From assembly GCF_006345805.1 (NCBI RefSeq), contig NC_043009.1:72044001-72108000 (forward strand): a DNA stretch of 64,000 bases, given 5' to 3'. Source of the stretch: Octopus sinensis. Taxonomy: Eukaryota. How positions within the stretch are numbered: position 1 is the first letter of the stretch; each line of letters starts with the position of its first letter. A program made the translations under genes and the position numbers. This document shows, piece by piece, positions 26,909 to 41,872 of this stretch. The notes under the pieces are model-generated. The model was given only the letters and a program-made list of their open reading frames with translations. It was not told the DNA's origin and did not search any database.

Positions 26909-27780
26909 TCATCATCATCATCATCATCATTTAGCGTCCGTTTTCCATGCTAGCATGGGTTGGACGGTTCAACTGGGGTCTGGGGAGCCCGAAGGCTGCA
27001 CCAGGCCAGTCAGATCTGGCAGTGTTTCTACAGCTGGATGCCCTTCCTAACGCCAACCACTCCGAGAGTGTAGTGGGTGATTTTATGTGCCACCGACACA
27101 GGTGCCAGACGAGGCTGGCGAACGGCCGCGCTCGATGGTGTTTTTATGTGCCACCGACACAGGTGCCAGACGAGGCTGGCAGACGGCCACGCTCGGATGG
27201 TGTTTTATGTGCCACCGACACAGGTGCCAGATGAGGCTGGCAGGTGCCAGACGAGGCTGGCAGACGGCCACGCTCGGATGGTGTTTTTATGTGCCACCGA
27301 CACAGGTGCCAGATGAGGCTGGCGGACGGCCACGATCGGATGGTGTTTGTTACGTCCCCAAAGCACGGAGGCCAGTCTATGCGGTACTGGCTACGGCCAC
27401 GTTCGGATGATTTTCTTGTGTGCCACCGGCACTGGTACCACAAAGATACAAATTCCATTTATGCTCATCTATTTTGATTTGTTTTGATTTGATTTGATTT
27501 TCACTTGCCTCAACAGTCTTCACAAGTGTCACTTGCCTCAACAGGTCTTCACAAGTGTCACAAGAAGGAAGGTATGCACAGGTGGACTGTCTACGTCGCC
27601 GGGTCTTCGGATGGTGTCTTTTATGTGCCACCGACACAGGTGCCAGATGTGGCTGGCGAACGGCCACGATCGGATGGTTTTCTTGTGTGCCACCGGTACT
27701 GGAACCACAAAGATACAAATTCCATTGATGTTCATCTATTTTGATTTGGTTTGATTTTCACTTGCCTCAACAGGTCTTCG
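26909..27780 (-). mobile_element. RTE LINE 3' UTR with expanded ~57-bp tandem array
   Basis: (CAT)n tail, conserved end, and about five units GTGCCACCGACACAGGTGCCAGACGAGGCTGGCAGACGGCCACGCTCGGATGGTGTTTTTAT, plus an internal duplication of the upstream block. Confidence 0.9.
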
Positions 27781-28197
27781 TTTATAATAATTATCATTGT
27801 CATCACTATCATTTTCCTCCACGTCATCATCATGACCATCATCATCATCTCTGTCATTAGTCATCAATCAACACAGTCATCAACATCATTATCATCACTG
27901 TTATCGTTATTATTATCATCAGCACCAACATCCTCATCATCACTATCATCACCACCATCAGCAGCAGCAGCATTATCAGCAACATCATGCTGAGTCAATA
28001 GTAAACTGGGGTAGGAAGGTCGAGGCTTTGTGTGGTTCATATGACTTGCTGAAGATAGCAGCCAATATTCCATTCAAAATTCTCTCTCCCACTCTCTAAA
28101 ATGAGGATCACACATTTTAAGATATTAATGAGAGGTGGCCATGGTTTGTTGAGACAGCTGACACCTCTCAGCTATTATGTCTTCTTCGTATTGAAGC

Positions 28198-28231
<34 letters not shown>

Positions 28232-28232
<1 letters not shown>

Positions 28233-29684
28233 TATGATAAAGATGAAGCCCAAGTCATTTCCCTCGTTGATACGGTGTATACCTTCAGTGCTGATAACAG
28301 AATGGAGTTCGGACTAAAAAAGTGTGGTGTGTTAGTCTTGAAGAGAGGCAAAATCAAATGTATGGACGGGCTAACGATACCGTCGGGGGAGGATATGAAG
28401 CAGATAAAAGAGACGGGCTATAAGTACTTGGGGATTTTGGAAATGGATAAATTGATGGAGAAAGAAATGACAGAAAAATTTAAGGTGGAGTACTTGCACA
28501 GACTGAGACTGATCCTTAAGTTGAAATTAAATGGAAGGAATAAGATCAAAGCTATCGACCCCTGGGTGGTTTCACGCCTTAGATATGGAACTTGCATGGA
28601 CAGTAGATGAACTAAACAGCTTAGACATAAAGACAAGGAAGTTGCTAACAAGATATGGGTCACACCACCCAAAAAGTGACACAGACAGACTGTATGTACC
28701 AAGAAAAAGAGGGGGAAGAGGACTTATTGGAAGCGAACACAGTATTAGAGTAGATGAAAACAACATAGCATGGTATGTAAAAAATGCCACAGAACCGCTA
28801 TTATTAGAAGTAGGAAGGTCAGGCTTGTGTAGGATGAAAGACTGCAAAGATAAAGCACTACACAAGAAATTGGAAACGAATGATATTGAAAATAGGTGGT
28901 TAAAGAAAAGAATGCATGGTCAATTTCATAGGGATGTTGAAGATAAGACAGAAAAAGAAAAAAGATGGCTGTGGATGACTAAAAGTGATTTAAAACCAGA
29001 AACAGAGGCTCTAATCTGTGCTGCCCAGGATCAAGTGCTAAGAACAAACTACATAAAATACAGAATAGACAACACAGCAAAAAGTGCAGTCAATGTACAC
29101 TACTAGCCCAGAAGGAATATAAGAGATGCCACAACAATATAGCCAGGCTTGTTTGTCCATTGGACACTTTGCAACAAGTATGGACTTGACAAAGCAAAAA
29201 ATTGGTATGACCACAAACCTGAAGGCATCGTCGAAAATAGAAATACAAAGATCCTATGGGATTTTATGATTCAGTGCGACCATGAGATAGAGAATAAGAA
29301 GCCATACATAGTCTTAATTGAGAAAGAAAACAAACTATGCTGGATCATAGATATAGCATGCCCAGCTGACAACAAGGTAGGCGATAAAGAAGGAAGAAAA
29401 GTCGAGAGATGACAGGTTAGCTTGGGAAGTTAAGCAGTTGTGGTTGATGAAAAAGGTAGCAGTAGTACCAATAATTGTCAGAGTCCTGGAACAGTGAGCA
29501 AAAATCTCTACGTGGAACAAATAGGGGCTGGAATATGGGTGGAGCACTTGCAGGAAACAGCACTGCTTGGAACCACTCGAATACACCGGAAGGTGCTCGA
29601 AAAATAAGAGGTGTTACCTTAGTTCACTGGTAGTGAACAGCTAACACTGTAGTACATCTCCAGTATTAGAAGCTGTGCAAAAGC
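28232..29684 (+). mobile_element. R4/Dong-like RLE-LINE, 5'-truncated (RT C-terminus, thumb, RLE), frameshifted
   Basis: MEFGLKKC..YKYLGILE..LNGRNKIKAI; HHPKSDTDRLYVPRKRGGRGL; MHGQF..LKPETEALICAAQDQ; KILWDF..PYIVLI..IIDIACPAD..KE. The CCHC knuckle is deleted. (TAA)n on both flanks (28200-28231, 29685-29706). Confidence 0.9.
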
Positions 29685-32499
29685 AATAATAATAATAATA
29701 ATAATAACAATAGAAGAAGAAGAAGTCAATCACATCAACCCCAGTACTCAGCTGGTACTTAATTTATCGATCCTGGAAGGATGAAAGGCAAAAGTGATTT
29801 TGGTGGAATTTGAACTGAGAACATAGTAGCAGACGAAATACTGCTAAGCATTTTGCCAAGGGTGTTACCGATTCTGCCAGCTTACCACCTTCAATAATAA
29901 TAATAATGATAATAATAATAATCTTTCTCATTGGCCATGTTAGCCAAGGGGTTTACAAAGAAGAACATGGAGAAGGAACAGATAAGTGATAGAAGGACAA
30001 GTAGAGGGGTGGAAGACATTAAACAGTACAGAAAGGGATAATTAAACTTTCAAGGCACAAATATTTTGCATATTAATGAACAAAAAAATACAATTAACAT
30101 ACAAAACAAGAAACAATAAAAAGAAGCAACCATAACATTTTGTGGGTTAAGTGATGTTGGAGGACTCCACTTGCTATTGTCCATATTATTGTCTTGTAAA
30201 CCCAAAAGAACCCGTTGGCATTTTAAATCATTTGGGATTGCAAAACACCAAACATTTTCAGAGTAGAATTGTTTTAGCTCACTATGGTGTCTTCATTCCG
30301 TTTTTACTGCCAATCTATCTTTTCTATGTTGCCAATATTCCAAACCTAATTATGCCTGCATTATTTTTACTTTATTGGAAAATCCATAGCACCACCACAG
30401 ATGTATGATTCTTATCTATAAGTTGTCCGATTTTCAAAGGATGGTGAATCTCAGTTCTTCATCATCTTCATTATTTTTCCAAAGAGTGGAATCATTGTTG
30501 TTCTGGTTTACTTGTTTTATGTTCACTTATTTTTTTTTTTTTTAGATTTTTGTCTTCTTGATTGAACTTAAGACCACGTGGTTAGTAAGCAAGCTTCTTA
30601 ACCATACAGCCATAAAGTACCAGTCAAGTACTGGGGTTGAGGTAATTCATTAACCCTCCCCCTCTCACCAACATTGCTGACCTTGTGCCAAAATTTGAAC
30701 CAATCGTTTTTGTTGTTGCTGTTGTTTCTTTTATTTGCTGCCAGATGACTCGTCTGCCGAATGAATCGTCCCCTTCTACTATGAGACTTCTTTTTTTATT
30801 ATTTTCATTTTATCATCACTAGAGGGATGAAAAGTAAGGTCAGAATGAGTTTTAATTAATTAAATGAATGCCTAAAAGGGGAATTAGCAGATGTCACTGA
30901 TACAATTGGAACACAAGAGAAAATCTAAAGGCATAGTCTCCAGTGCGATGTAACAATGATGGCAAGAGAAGCCTTTTACATCAATATTCCTCAAAATAAA
31001 GAACATACAAATTGAATGCTTTGTTTAATCAGTTATCTCTGAGCCACCTACTTATTTCTCGACCATGGCAATCCACCACCATCAATAACAACAACAACAT
31101 TCATTAATTTCATAATCCCTTTTAATTCCAGTAATCATAAACAAAATTCTAAGAACTGGATAATCTTTTAGTAAACCAGTCAACAGAATATTTTTACTAG
31201 TTGTTCTTTTTTCATTTTTTTAAAGATAAGTTAACAGTGGATAATGTAGTCCTAGATAGAATGTGCTTAAAATTAAAAGAATGGAATTGGTAACATCAGG
31301 AATATCTTTTATTATAAGTTTGCTTAGTCAAGTCTGATGTTGGATTAAACAACATGATTTCAACTTAGAATAGTAAATGATGGAACTGGATACATTTTGC
31401 CAGTTGCTCAATGTAATCAGGTGGATTTTTCTCATTGATACAAAGTCACAGATCTTCATGGCTGACTCCAGTACTTGGCTGATATTAATGCAGAAGCATG
31501 AAGGACAAAGTTAACTGGTTGGATTTGAATTCAGAATGCAAAGCACCATAACAAAATGCTGCAAGGAATTCTACCAATTCTTTGCATGTGCAAATATTAG
31601 CATGGAAGTTCTTCGGTTACTTAAGCCAACCTGAATCCCAAACATGCTTAGTTCATTCAAATAGAATCTGAACAAAAATGGTTTAACTTCTAGATAATAA
31701 AACATCTATTTTAATAAAACATCTATTTTAAGGTGAGACATGACGATGAAGAATTTCGCTACTTTTTCCCAATGGCGCCAACTTGTTAAGCTTAATTGAA
31801 CTGAATCTGTGTGATGTCACATCTCATTCATTTCATTATCTTTCACTGCCTGAAGATCTCGAAATTTATTGCTATGAAAGATTCTCGTTGACCGTATCAA
31901 TAAGATTGCTTTCTGCTGCTATTTGTATCTATTCATCATAATTTGATAGTAAATATTGTTGTTGTTTTTGTAATTAGCTCATTTCTGGCCAATCAATCAG
32001 CTGATCAAAAGAAACACTAAAAATATTGATAAATCGATTCTTCAGAATTCTTCAATCTATTTTATTCACCATAAATATGACCACTAAAATCTCAAAGATT
32101 ACAAAGTGGAACTCCATAGTCTTAATATTGAAATGTCTGTTGTTAAAAATTCTTGACACTTCAAATACAATGGTCTTAAGGGAAGAAATCAACCCTATTG
32201 ATAATTCGGATGGGCTCCAAAGATTCTTTACATTTGAGCATTTTGTCGGTTCTTGCAGAATTATTGATATTTCAATTATTTGTATATTATTCATTTACTG
32301 ACGTCGGTCATTAGACTACAGCCATGCTGGGGCACTGCTTTCAAGGGTTGTTTGGGTATATTAATATAATACTTTGTATTACTTATTCTGTTAATCTTTG
32401 TTTGCCAGACCCCTAAGTTATAGAATACAAACAAAAGCAATGGTTTTTAAGTGATGTCATCATAGAAACATACACACCATTCGTAATGTCTGTCAGTTT

Positions 32500-32596
32500 G
32501 TATGTATGTATGCATGCATGGATGGATACATGTATGCATGCATGCATGGATACATGTATGCATGCATGCATGGATACATGTATGCATGCATGTACA
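32500..32596. repeat. 24-bp minisatellite (ATGCATGCATGCATGGATACATGT), about 4 units
   Basis: Direct reading. Confidence 0.85.
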
Positions 32597-34407
32597 CATG
32601 CACATAGAATACAATCGCTCAATGGCTCAATGCCAAGCGTGTGTGTGTGTGTGTGAAAAGGGGGAGAAACAAACGTCTCTGATTTAAATCACCCCAAGTA
32701 ATGAATGAATGGAGAAGTGAAAGGCTGTTTCGTGCATTCCAGCCCCTGAAACTTACAGGGGCTGAAACTAAATATGGGAGAGAGCAAGAGACAGAGATAA
32801 GGAGAAAGGAAAGAGAGAGAGAGAGAGATGTATAGGGGAAAGGATGTAGTGTGTAAAATGTGTGTGTCTGTATAAAATATGTGTGTCCGTGTAAAATGTG
32901 TGTGTCTGTGTATGAGAGAACACAAGTTTGTGTTTAGTATGAGTTTGGCTCCAAATGTGAGAGCAAAATTTTCATGGAGGATCCCCCTACGTGAACTTTA
33001 AATCACACTTTGAATATTGTAGTTCCTCTTATGCAGTAATATGGGTTAAACATCATAATGGTTGGAATGCCTTTCATCAAATAGTAGGGTGTAAGTTTAG
33101 AGTTATGTGATCTTTATAGTTTAATGTTGCATTAGTGAGGTAGATGACAGAAGTGTGTTGAATGAGAGACAAGACTCCAATCTTACAAAAATTTCTTTTA
33201 AATTCCTTGTTTTGGATTTTACATTGATTTTGTCCTCAAACACAGGTTACTAGGTTCTGTACCATCATGACTTCCACAACAAATGTTATGTTCTTATCAT
33301 TAAATTTTCATGAGAGAATGCTAAGATGATTTCCTATTGCCATCTCTGAGTAATTCTTACACGACCAGCTGAAAACCAAGACTGTAAACGGCTGGAACAA
33401 ATTCCACAAAATGCTTTGTGCAAAGTTCTTACAATTCTACCAATCTACCTCTTTTCAATGGAACTTTATCAACTGCAAAATGTTGAAAAGCAAAGTTGGC
33501 TTGGAACATAAAGAACTAATTCACTGCTTAATACAGGTTTAGATATTGGTTTATTTGAGAATGGATTGTTCCAAAATGTTTCAACAACTGAATTAGAAAA
33601 TTTGATAAAGAACTGTGCTTTATTTAGTTACTGTCTACGAGAGGGGTGCAGCGCCATTGTGGCTGTTATAGAATTTGAAATCATGGTTAGTAATTCAATC
33701 ATTTCACCTACAACCACAATATTATCTATTTCACTTTTTAATAATTCCATCATTTGAAAGAGCTCTTACACACACACACACACACAACACAGAGATATAT
33801 TTTCCCCACTCTTTCTTTCTTCATTTTGTCATCTGCCTCTTCCTTATCTCTTTCTCTCCCTCCCTCCTATCTCTGTCTTCTCAGGCTTTCTCTCTCTTTC
33901 TTCACCATTACTCCCCTCTCTCTAAACGATCCTCTCCCCACATCCCAAACAATTTCTCTTCCATTCTATGTTTATTAAATCTCTCTCTGCCTCATCACTC
34001 TACTTCCTTCAGCCTCTCTTTCTCCTCCACTTTCCCTCTACCTACTTCTCTCAGTCTCACCTTTATCTTGCTTTATATCTATAAAACTTTCTGCCATTTA
34101 TTCCAACTCTCCCTGCTCTATCTATCTATCTGTTTGCCTGCCTGCCTGCCTGCCTACCTACCTACCTATCTATCTATCTCTATCTATCTATCTCTATTTA
34201 TCTATCTATCTCTATCTATCTAGCTAGCTAGCTATCTTTCTCTCCCTCTCTCGATATTATCTACCAAACTCTCTTCTTCCATATCTCTCTCTCTCTATAA
34301 ATATCTCTCTCTATAAATATCTCTCTCTTTCTCTCTATTACCAACCAAGCTCTCCATCCATGCATCTCTCTTGTCATTTCCTCACACTCTCTCCTTTCAC
34401 CACCACC

Positions 34408-34449
<42 letters not shown>

Positions 34450-34942
34450 CCCAATTCCACAAGCCAATATTTTGGTTAGAAGGAGATCTGTAAAAACTCT
34501 AGAAAGAAGGGTTAATTCAATTATTTATTCATAAACATCAAAGTCGTCAAACAGATGAAATCAATTCCACAAACGGTAAAGCAGCATTGTATCAGATTCC
34601 CAGTTTCTCACTTAACAACAGATTCTTATTTTGTCCTTTTTTTCTTTTGATTTCAAAAACTAAAAAAGAAACAATTCTTACAAACAAACAAACAAAAAAA
34701 GACATACAAGTCCAATACAATTGAACATCTTTTATTAATGTTTAGTTTTTATCTGTGCAACTTGCAGTGATTGCCAGCTTCTTGTCTCTGTTTCTATTCT
34801 CCTTGGTGTCCACTCAACCTATATGATTAGTTCTCAATAGAAATATGGCTCAAAAGAGTTTTGAAAAGCTTTTATCAAACCCTGTATTCTTGCTCCACAA
34901 ACCTACCCCTAAACCGCAATCATTTTTATTTCCATTCCCCAA

Positions 34943-34992
<50 letters not shown>

Positions 34993-35669
34993 CCATACAT
35001 ATATCAGTCTCACTACTTACTTACCAGTCCTTTCTCTTACCTACCTTCCTACCAACCTGCATGTCTGTCTGTCTGTCTGTCTGTCTATACTGCTATCTCT
35101 ATATATTGGTGGATTTATTTGTCAACCAGTTTGTCCTTCTATTCATCAATGTATCTATCTGTATCTACCAATACACACACACACATATATATACAAACAT
35201 ACACAAAGAAATAGACAAATAAATGAATATTACATATACACACACACACACACATATATATATACACAAATACATATGTATATGCATATATATGTACATA
35301 CATATATGCATATACATATATATATACATACATACAAACACACACATATGTATATACACACTCATATATATAAATACACACAAAGAAATAGATAAATAAA
35401 TAAATATATATATAAATAGGTATGTGTGTACACAGACACACACACACACACACACGTATATTTACAAATTTGCTTCATTCATGATTGAATTCTTAAGAAC
35501 TCTGAAGAAGTCAATGATGAACCTCTGCAAATTTATCAAAATAAATAAATATCAAAGTATCGAGATCTTTAGTTTGTGACCATTCTTATTCTCACAGACA
35601 AACATCCTAATGTGTAAATTTACTTCTTCATATCATCATCATCCATCCATATCTATCTATCTGTCTATA

Positions 35670-35706
<37 letters not shown>

Positions 35707-35975
35707 ATCTATCTTTCTAGCTATCTTTCTATCTGTCTGTCTGTCTCTTTTTATCTATTTATCTATTTCCCTATCTGCATATGTATGTCTATCAATCAAT
35801 CAACCCATCGCCAGTGTTCTTTTCGCTTTTTGCAGCTTTAAACTGGAGCCAAAAGCTGAAGTGTAACAAATTGAGAGACAAAGAATCCATCAATTTAATC
35901 GATAATTCAACTGGGTCAATACATTTGAGAGCAGGTCAACAGGAAAAGAAGGGGTAAGAGAGAAAAAGGGAGAAA

Positions 35976-36012
<37 letters not shown>

Positions 36013-37524
36013 AGGGGAAAAGGGAAGAGAGAAGAAACAGTTTAGGAAGTAGGAAGATCTAATACCAAAATCTATAGAAATACAAAATCTCAACTAAGGA
36101 TCAAAAACTAAACAAAAATCAAAAACAAAATTGAGGTGGGGATTGAAGGTTCTGTTTTGTTTTTGTTTTTAATCTATTATGAATCCAATAATTGGTTTAA
36201 CATGAGAAAATTGGTTCTGTTATCTGGCATCAAATAGCAGACATACATATGGCATTCACAAATGATTGATTGGTGATGCTGTCTAACACTAAATGATCCA
36301 AGGGTTCAAATGAAAAGTTGCAAAGGAACAGTTATTCTACAGAAATGGTAACAAACAACTTAGCTTACTTGAATGGTTTTTTTTATTGAAATGTTATTGT
36401 TTAACCTGAGGTCAGCTCTTATCAAACAGACCTTATGATCAAAAACATTAAAACTATGGCAGTTCAAACGTGGTTTATCAAAAATTGACATTTCTTTTTT
36501 TTTTTTTTTTTCTAATTATTATTCTATGACAGTACAGAAAGGTTTGAGAGACACTTGGCTACTGTTTATAGCAGACTGAATTAATGTCGCATTCAGATAA
36601 TCAATAGAGTGTTGGACATAATAATTCTTGGTGTTGATTGTATGCTATTACATTCTGAGTTCAAATCCTGCCAAAATCAACCGTACCTAACATTATTTTA
36701 TAAAATAAATACCTATCATATACTGGGGTTGGTTGATATAATTAAATACAACTCTTCCTTAAAATTTGGGGCCTTTGTTAGGAATCAATGCAGAAGATGT
36801 TTAACATAGTTTTGAGTTCAAACTTTACTTCTTTCAGCCAAATTTGTTGTAAAGTAATGGATATAACACCATTTTCTTCAGTCTACTTGGCTGGTAAACA
36901 GTTCCCTCTCCTACTTTACAGTTAGGCGCTATAAAATTTAACACCTTTGTGATCATATTTCTAATGAAATATTTGAAAAAATACTGTTCATGCTTTCATT
37001 CTTTTTCTTAAATAATCAGGAATTTGGAGAGATTTAATGGAATAAATTTTCCACTCTAAAGTCGGTATTTAACATAAGACTGATGGATGATTCTAAATTA
37101 ATACAATTTAAAATAGCTTGTCTGTCACAGAATGAGAATCAGTCCCAAGTGGTTTGGTTTCAAAAGATTTAGATCTTTCCAGAGGTCATCTTACTCCTGC
37201 CATTGTGTTATGCTTTTTTGTAAAGCATAGAACTCACTTTCACCACAACACAAAAACAGCACCCTCCCCACTCCCAACCATAAAAAAACTATTAGTTGAC
37301 TTTGTCTATCCAAACAAACATAAAATAAATTATATAGCAACACATCTTCTAGTCCAGAGATTCTCAAACTTTTGGGGGCCCATGCCCTCCCCCTCATGGC
37401 CACATAATATCCTCAGTGCCCCCACCCCTATTTTTATGTATAAATAAATATTTTATATTTTACTAATTTGTATATACTATGAATCATTTGATATTTAATA
37501 TATTATTATATAATTTGTATGGAG

Positions 37525-38098
37525 ATAAGCTGTGCTTGAGAAGGCCTGACAAGCCAAGTGAGACCATAGCGCATGACCTGTGCCAGTGGGTGTAACCAGC
37601 CCACTTATGAGTACCTTTCATTCATTGGACAATAAACTTTGCTTGCAAAGACCTATTGAGGCAAGTGAAATCAAAATCAAAATCGCTGATGTGACCGATG
37701 ACAGTACCGCCTGATTAGCACTTGTGCCAGTGGAACATTAAAAGCACATCCGAGCGTGATCGTTGCAAGGGCCATGGATTGGCTCCCATACTGGTGGCAC
37801 ATAAAAAGTACCATTTGAGCCTGATCGTTGCCAGCATCGCCTTACCGGCACATGTGCCAGTGGCATGTGAAAAACAACATTCAAGCGTGGTCATTACCAG
37901 TGCTGCCAGACTGGCACTTGTGCCAGTGGCATGTAAAAGCACTCTTGGAGTGGTTGGCATTAGGAAGGGCATCTAGCTGTAGAAACTTTGCCAGATCAGG
38001 TTGGAGTCTGGTGCAGCCTTCTGGCTCACCAGTCCTCAGTCAAACCGTCAAACCCATACCAGTATGAAAAGAGGACGTTAATCAATGATGATGATGAC
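37525..38098 (+). mobile_element. RTE LINE 3' end (older copy)
   Basis: Colinear with ~1050-1745, from GCTGTGCTTGAGAAG to the (GAT)n tail. Confidence 0.85.
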
Positions 38099-38904
38099 TA
38101 TAATATTATTATAATAATTTCATAGTGGTCCCCCAATCCACTGCCTTCCTCCCAATGCCTCCTTTTTCTCTACTACCCCTTTAGGCACCAGCACGCACCT
38201 GGACCATCTCAACACCCACCGGTGGGTGGTAGCACCCACTTTGAGAATCCATGTTCTAAACAGAAATTTCTTTCATGACTTTAGAAGTGTAAATATATTC
38301 CAATGAATATTCCTATTATTTTCAAGGGTAACAGACATTCCAACCCAGTACCTGCTGTATAATGGGGCTTATTGTACTTGTCAGGATTTGAACTCGGGAA
38401 GTAATAGAATGCCTGAAGAACACAAGATATTATACTCAAATGTTCTACCAATTTTGCTATTCACACTTCATATATTCAATTATTCTGTAGGAAAAGACAA
38501 AAAAAATAAATAATAAATAAAATGATTTGCATCCAAAATACTTCTGATCAACAAAAGACATTAAATGATGTAGTCGTGAATAGATTATGTCATAAAAAAT
38601 AATAAAAAAAGAGGGGATTGGTCAAACGTTGAAGTCTGGACAAAGGCTGAAAATTCAACAAAATTTGTGAGTTTCACATTGTCATTGGACTGCAGACATG
38701 ATTATGGGTCTGTTCAATGTGGTCTGAGTTGGGTGTTAATTGTTAACCACAACAACAAACAACTACAATAATATGTCTAAGTGCAAAGAGTAAGATAGAC
38801 AAAGCAGCAACATTCTACAACATTAGTGAAATACCATTCTAAAATCACTTTTCTTCTTATCAGATTCAGACAAACACAGCATCTTCACACTCATACAATA
38901 TCAC

Positions 38905-38936
<32 letters not shown>

Positions 38937-40202
38937 ACAGCCAATATCTCAACACACATCAGATACATACAGAAGAAATATACCAAAATAGCAACAGAAT
39001 CATTTGTCCCATTAGATTTCAATCTAGTTGTGCTGATCAAGTCTATCTTTTATTTTTGCCAATATCTCTGTTGAGGAGGTCATAACCAGATCTCTTCAGT
39101 GAACAGATGGACAAATTAGACAGAATGCATTAGACCAGAGTGTAGAAGAGATTGCAGTAGATGTGGTAGTAGCCATTGTTATAGTTCAGTGGTGGTAAAT
39201 GTAGTGGCGTTGTAGTAAGCATAGGAGATGCAGCGGTGTTTAGAGACATAGCAGGAGCTGTGGCCACCAATTGTTGGCACCTCCCGTGGGTTTTGTGGTA
39301 GTCACAATGGTGTTGGTAAATGTCAGTCCAGGATAAGCAAATCAAATTATCAAAAGTATTTCAGCTGCGTTCATCCGGTCTATGTGTATCTTGAAGTACA
39401 CTGATTTATAAGCCCTTTGTTGAAATGATGGAAAGTGATTTCAGCCTTTAGCATTAAAACTGGACATATCCAGCCTAAACAATCTCCCAGTTTTATGTTA
39501 AAACTGGCCAGGTCTGACCTCTCACACCTAACCGGAAATGGCTTTCTAAAACTAAGCAATCACATTATGAAAATGTCTTAGCTAATCCATGATTAATTGA
39601 AAACAATGTGAATAAATATGGATTACAGTTGACAGAACAATCTGAATGAGAAAGGGTTAAGAGATTTTAGATTTCCGTACATTCCAAACAGATTGAGTAA
39701 CTTTGTAGAGGTTTCTTCAGTAGCTCATAACAATGGCAATGGTGACAGCAGAAGCAGTAGCAGTAGTGGTGGTGGTGGTGGTGGTGGTGGTGGTAATGGT
39801 ATAGGTTTGAGCAAAAGAGAAAATTTCTCCCTTGACTTGATTCACCTAAAATCAAGCCAAATCATTCACCGACCGTTGCCAAAATAACAATAAGGTGACA
39901 TGTCTGGGGGTGTCCAATGCCAAAACAAACCTTCCTGCAGGGTACAAAAGTACAAAAAGGAGGGAGAAAAATTCTGAGATTTTTTTTTTTCTTTTTATAT
40001 AATTCAAACAAGTCTTTCCAATTTATCTTTACATAACTTAGCAGAGAAGGAAGGGTAGCACCCACCCATACTGAATTAAACTCTTTTGATACCAATCCAC
40101 CCAAGACCACCACTGATGTTCCAAACACCAGCTTCATAATGACAAAGTTCTTTTAATGAATTCTTCCATTTTTAAAAAATTTATCAAAACGATGTCAGTG
40201 AA

Positions 40203-40336
40203 CATTATTTACATTATTTACATTTGACGGATATTTGTCCTCATCTTGTTTGTTGTTAACTCAGCGTTTCGGCTGATATACCCTCCAGCCTTGTAAATAA
40301 TGTACATAATTCCTCATCTCTTGAATATAGAACTGA
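40203..40336. mobile_element. Short internally inverted copy of the hammerhead-bearing element, with 11-bp TSD
   Basis: ATGTCAGTGAA at 40192-40202 and 40337-40347. Left part matches 48933-49015; right part starts GTAAATAATGTA, the reverse complement of TACATTATTTAC on the left. Confidence 0.75.
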
Positions 40337-40769
40337 ATGTCAGTGAATTTCAACAAAAATTTGGAAGCAAAAGGATTAAGAATATCAAGGAGTGTCAGGT
40401 GGAAATTATTCCCAGACAGGTGACCTGGTCCAAACGAAAGCAGAATGGATTCTACTAAACATATTAATTAACCATGTTAACGATATTAAACCACTGGCAA
40501 GTTAAAATGCAAAGTTAACCTGGGTATGATTTGAACTTAGAACATAAACTGCTGCAAAGAATTGCTATCAAGCACCTTACCAATTCTGTCAAGCGACTGT
40601 CCTCAAATAGAATGTTTTAAACAAATGAGGGAATGTCTATGTGTTCACTTGACTTGCTGAAAACAGCAGCCAAATCTCTCCCTCAAATCACAAATGGTCA
40701 TGGTGTTATATACATTTGATCAGAGGCTCAGCTGGATGTGAGCCAGCCTAGGGCTAAACAGCAACAACA

Positions 40770-40827
<58 letters not shown>

Positions 40828-41130
40828 TAGTAGTGTTTCTTGGTATAGAACCCCCTCCCCACCACACACACATCAACGATTAGAGAGAAATCTAGGATTT
40901 CTTTAGATTTCTCTAGAAATAGAAAGACCAGAGTAAAAGAAGAGGAAGAAGAATCGAAGAGCAGAGGAAGACGGGGAATAAGAAAATATAACTGAAAAAA
41001 GAAAAGAAATAACATCTAGAAAACCAAAATTAATTTTGATTCAATAAAGAGATTGCAGAAAACTGACACAAAGAATTTCAGTAACAGAATTAAAAAAATA
41101 TACATACACACAGATATATATATATATATG

Positions 41131-41162
<32 letters not shown>

Positions 41163-41872
41163 TATCTATATATATATATCTATATATATATGAAATGAGG
41201 TTGTGACAGGTGTTAGCGTTTTCATGGTAGCAGAAGAATTTGTTGTCTAAAAGCCAGTAAAATTGAGGAGTGGATTGCTTAACAACAAAATATTTCAGTT
41301 TAAGAATTAAAAGTTTCCTTTACTAATAATTCCCATTTTCTCCTATATTTTTAAATCTGTTTTCGTTTAGCACATAAAATACATTTCTTTCTAATTTTAG
41401 CACAAGGCCAGCAATTTGGGGGGGGGAGGGGTAAGCTAATCACATTAACCCTCGGTGCTCAACTGATATTTATTTTACATCACTCAAAAGTTTCTAAATT
41501 CTTATAACATCAACATACACACATATATATACATGTGTGTATATATATATATCATCATCATTATTGTCGTTTAATGTCCACTTTCCATGCTGGCATGGGT
41601 TGGACAGTTTGACTGAGGACTGGCAATAATAGAAATAATAATGTGGTAACATTGTTCTGTATGGAACAACTATGGTGAAGTGGTGACAACCATTACTTTC
41701 CAAGTAGAGTTACTACTTACATCTCTTGTAGAGATTTTAGAACTAGCAACTTTGCTTTAATAATAGTGTGATAAAAACTGACCATTCCTTCTGCTTGTCA
41801 ACTATTCATTTGAAGGGATCTGAAGGAACCCCTCCCTGTTACACCAGAATCGGTCACTATACATGACTCTCT

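Noticed and set aside
27077-27460. Regular ~57-bp repeats resembling a CRISPR array or repeat protein (MCHRHRCQ..)
   Set aside because: No unique spacers, eukaryotic context, and the units lie in the RTE LINE 3' UTR.
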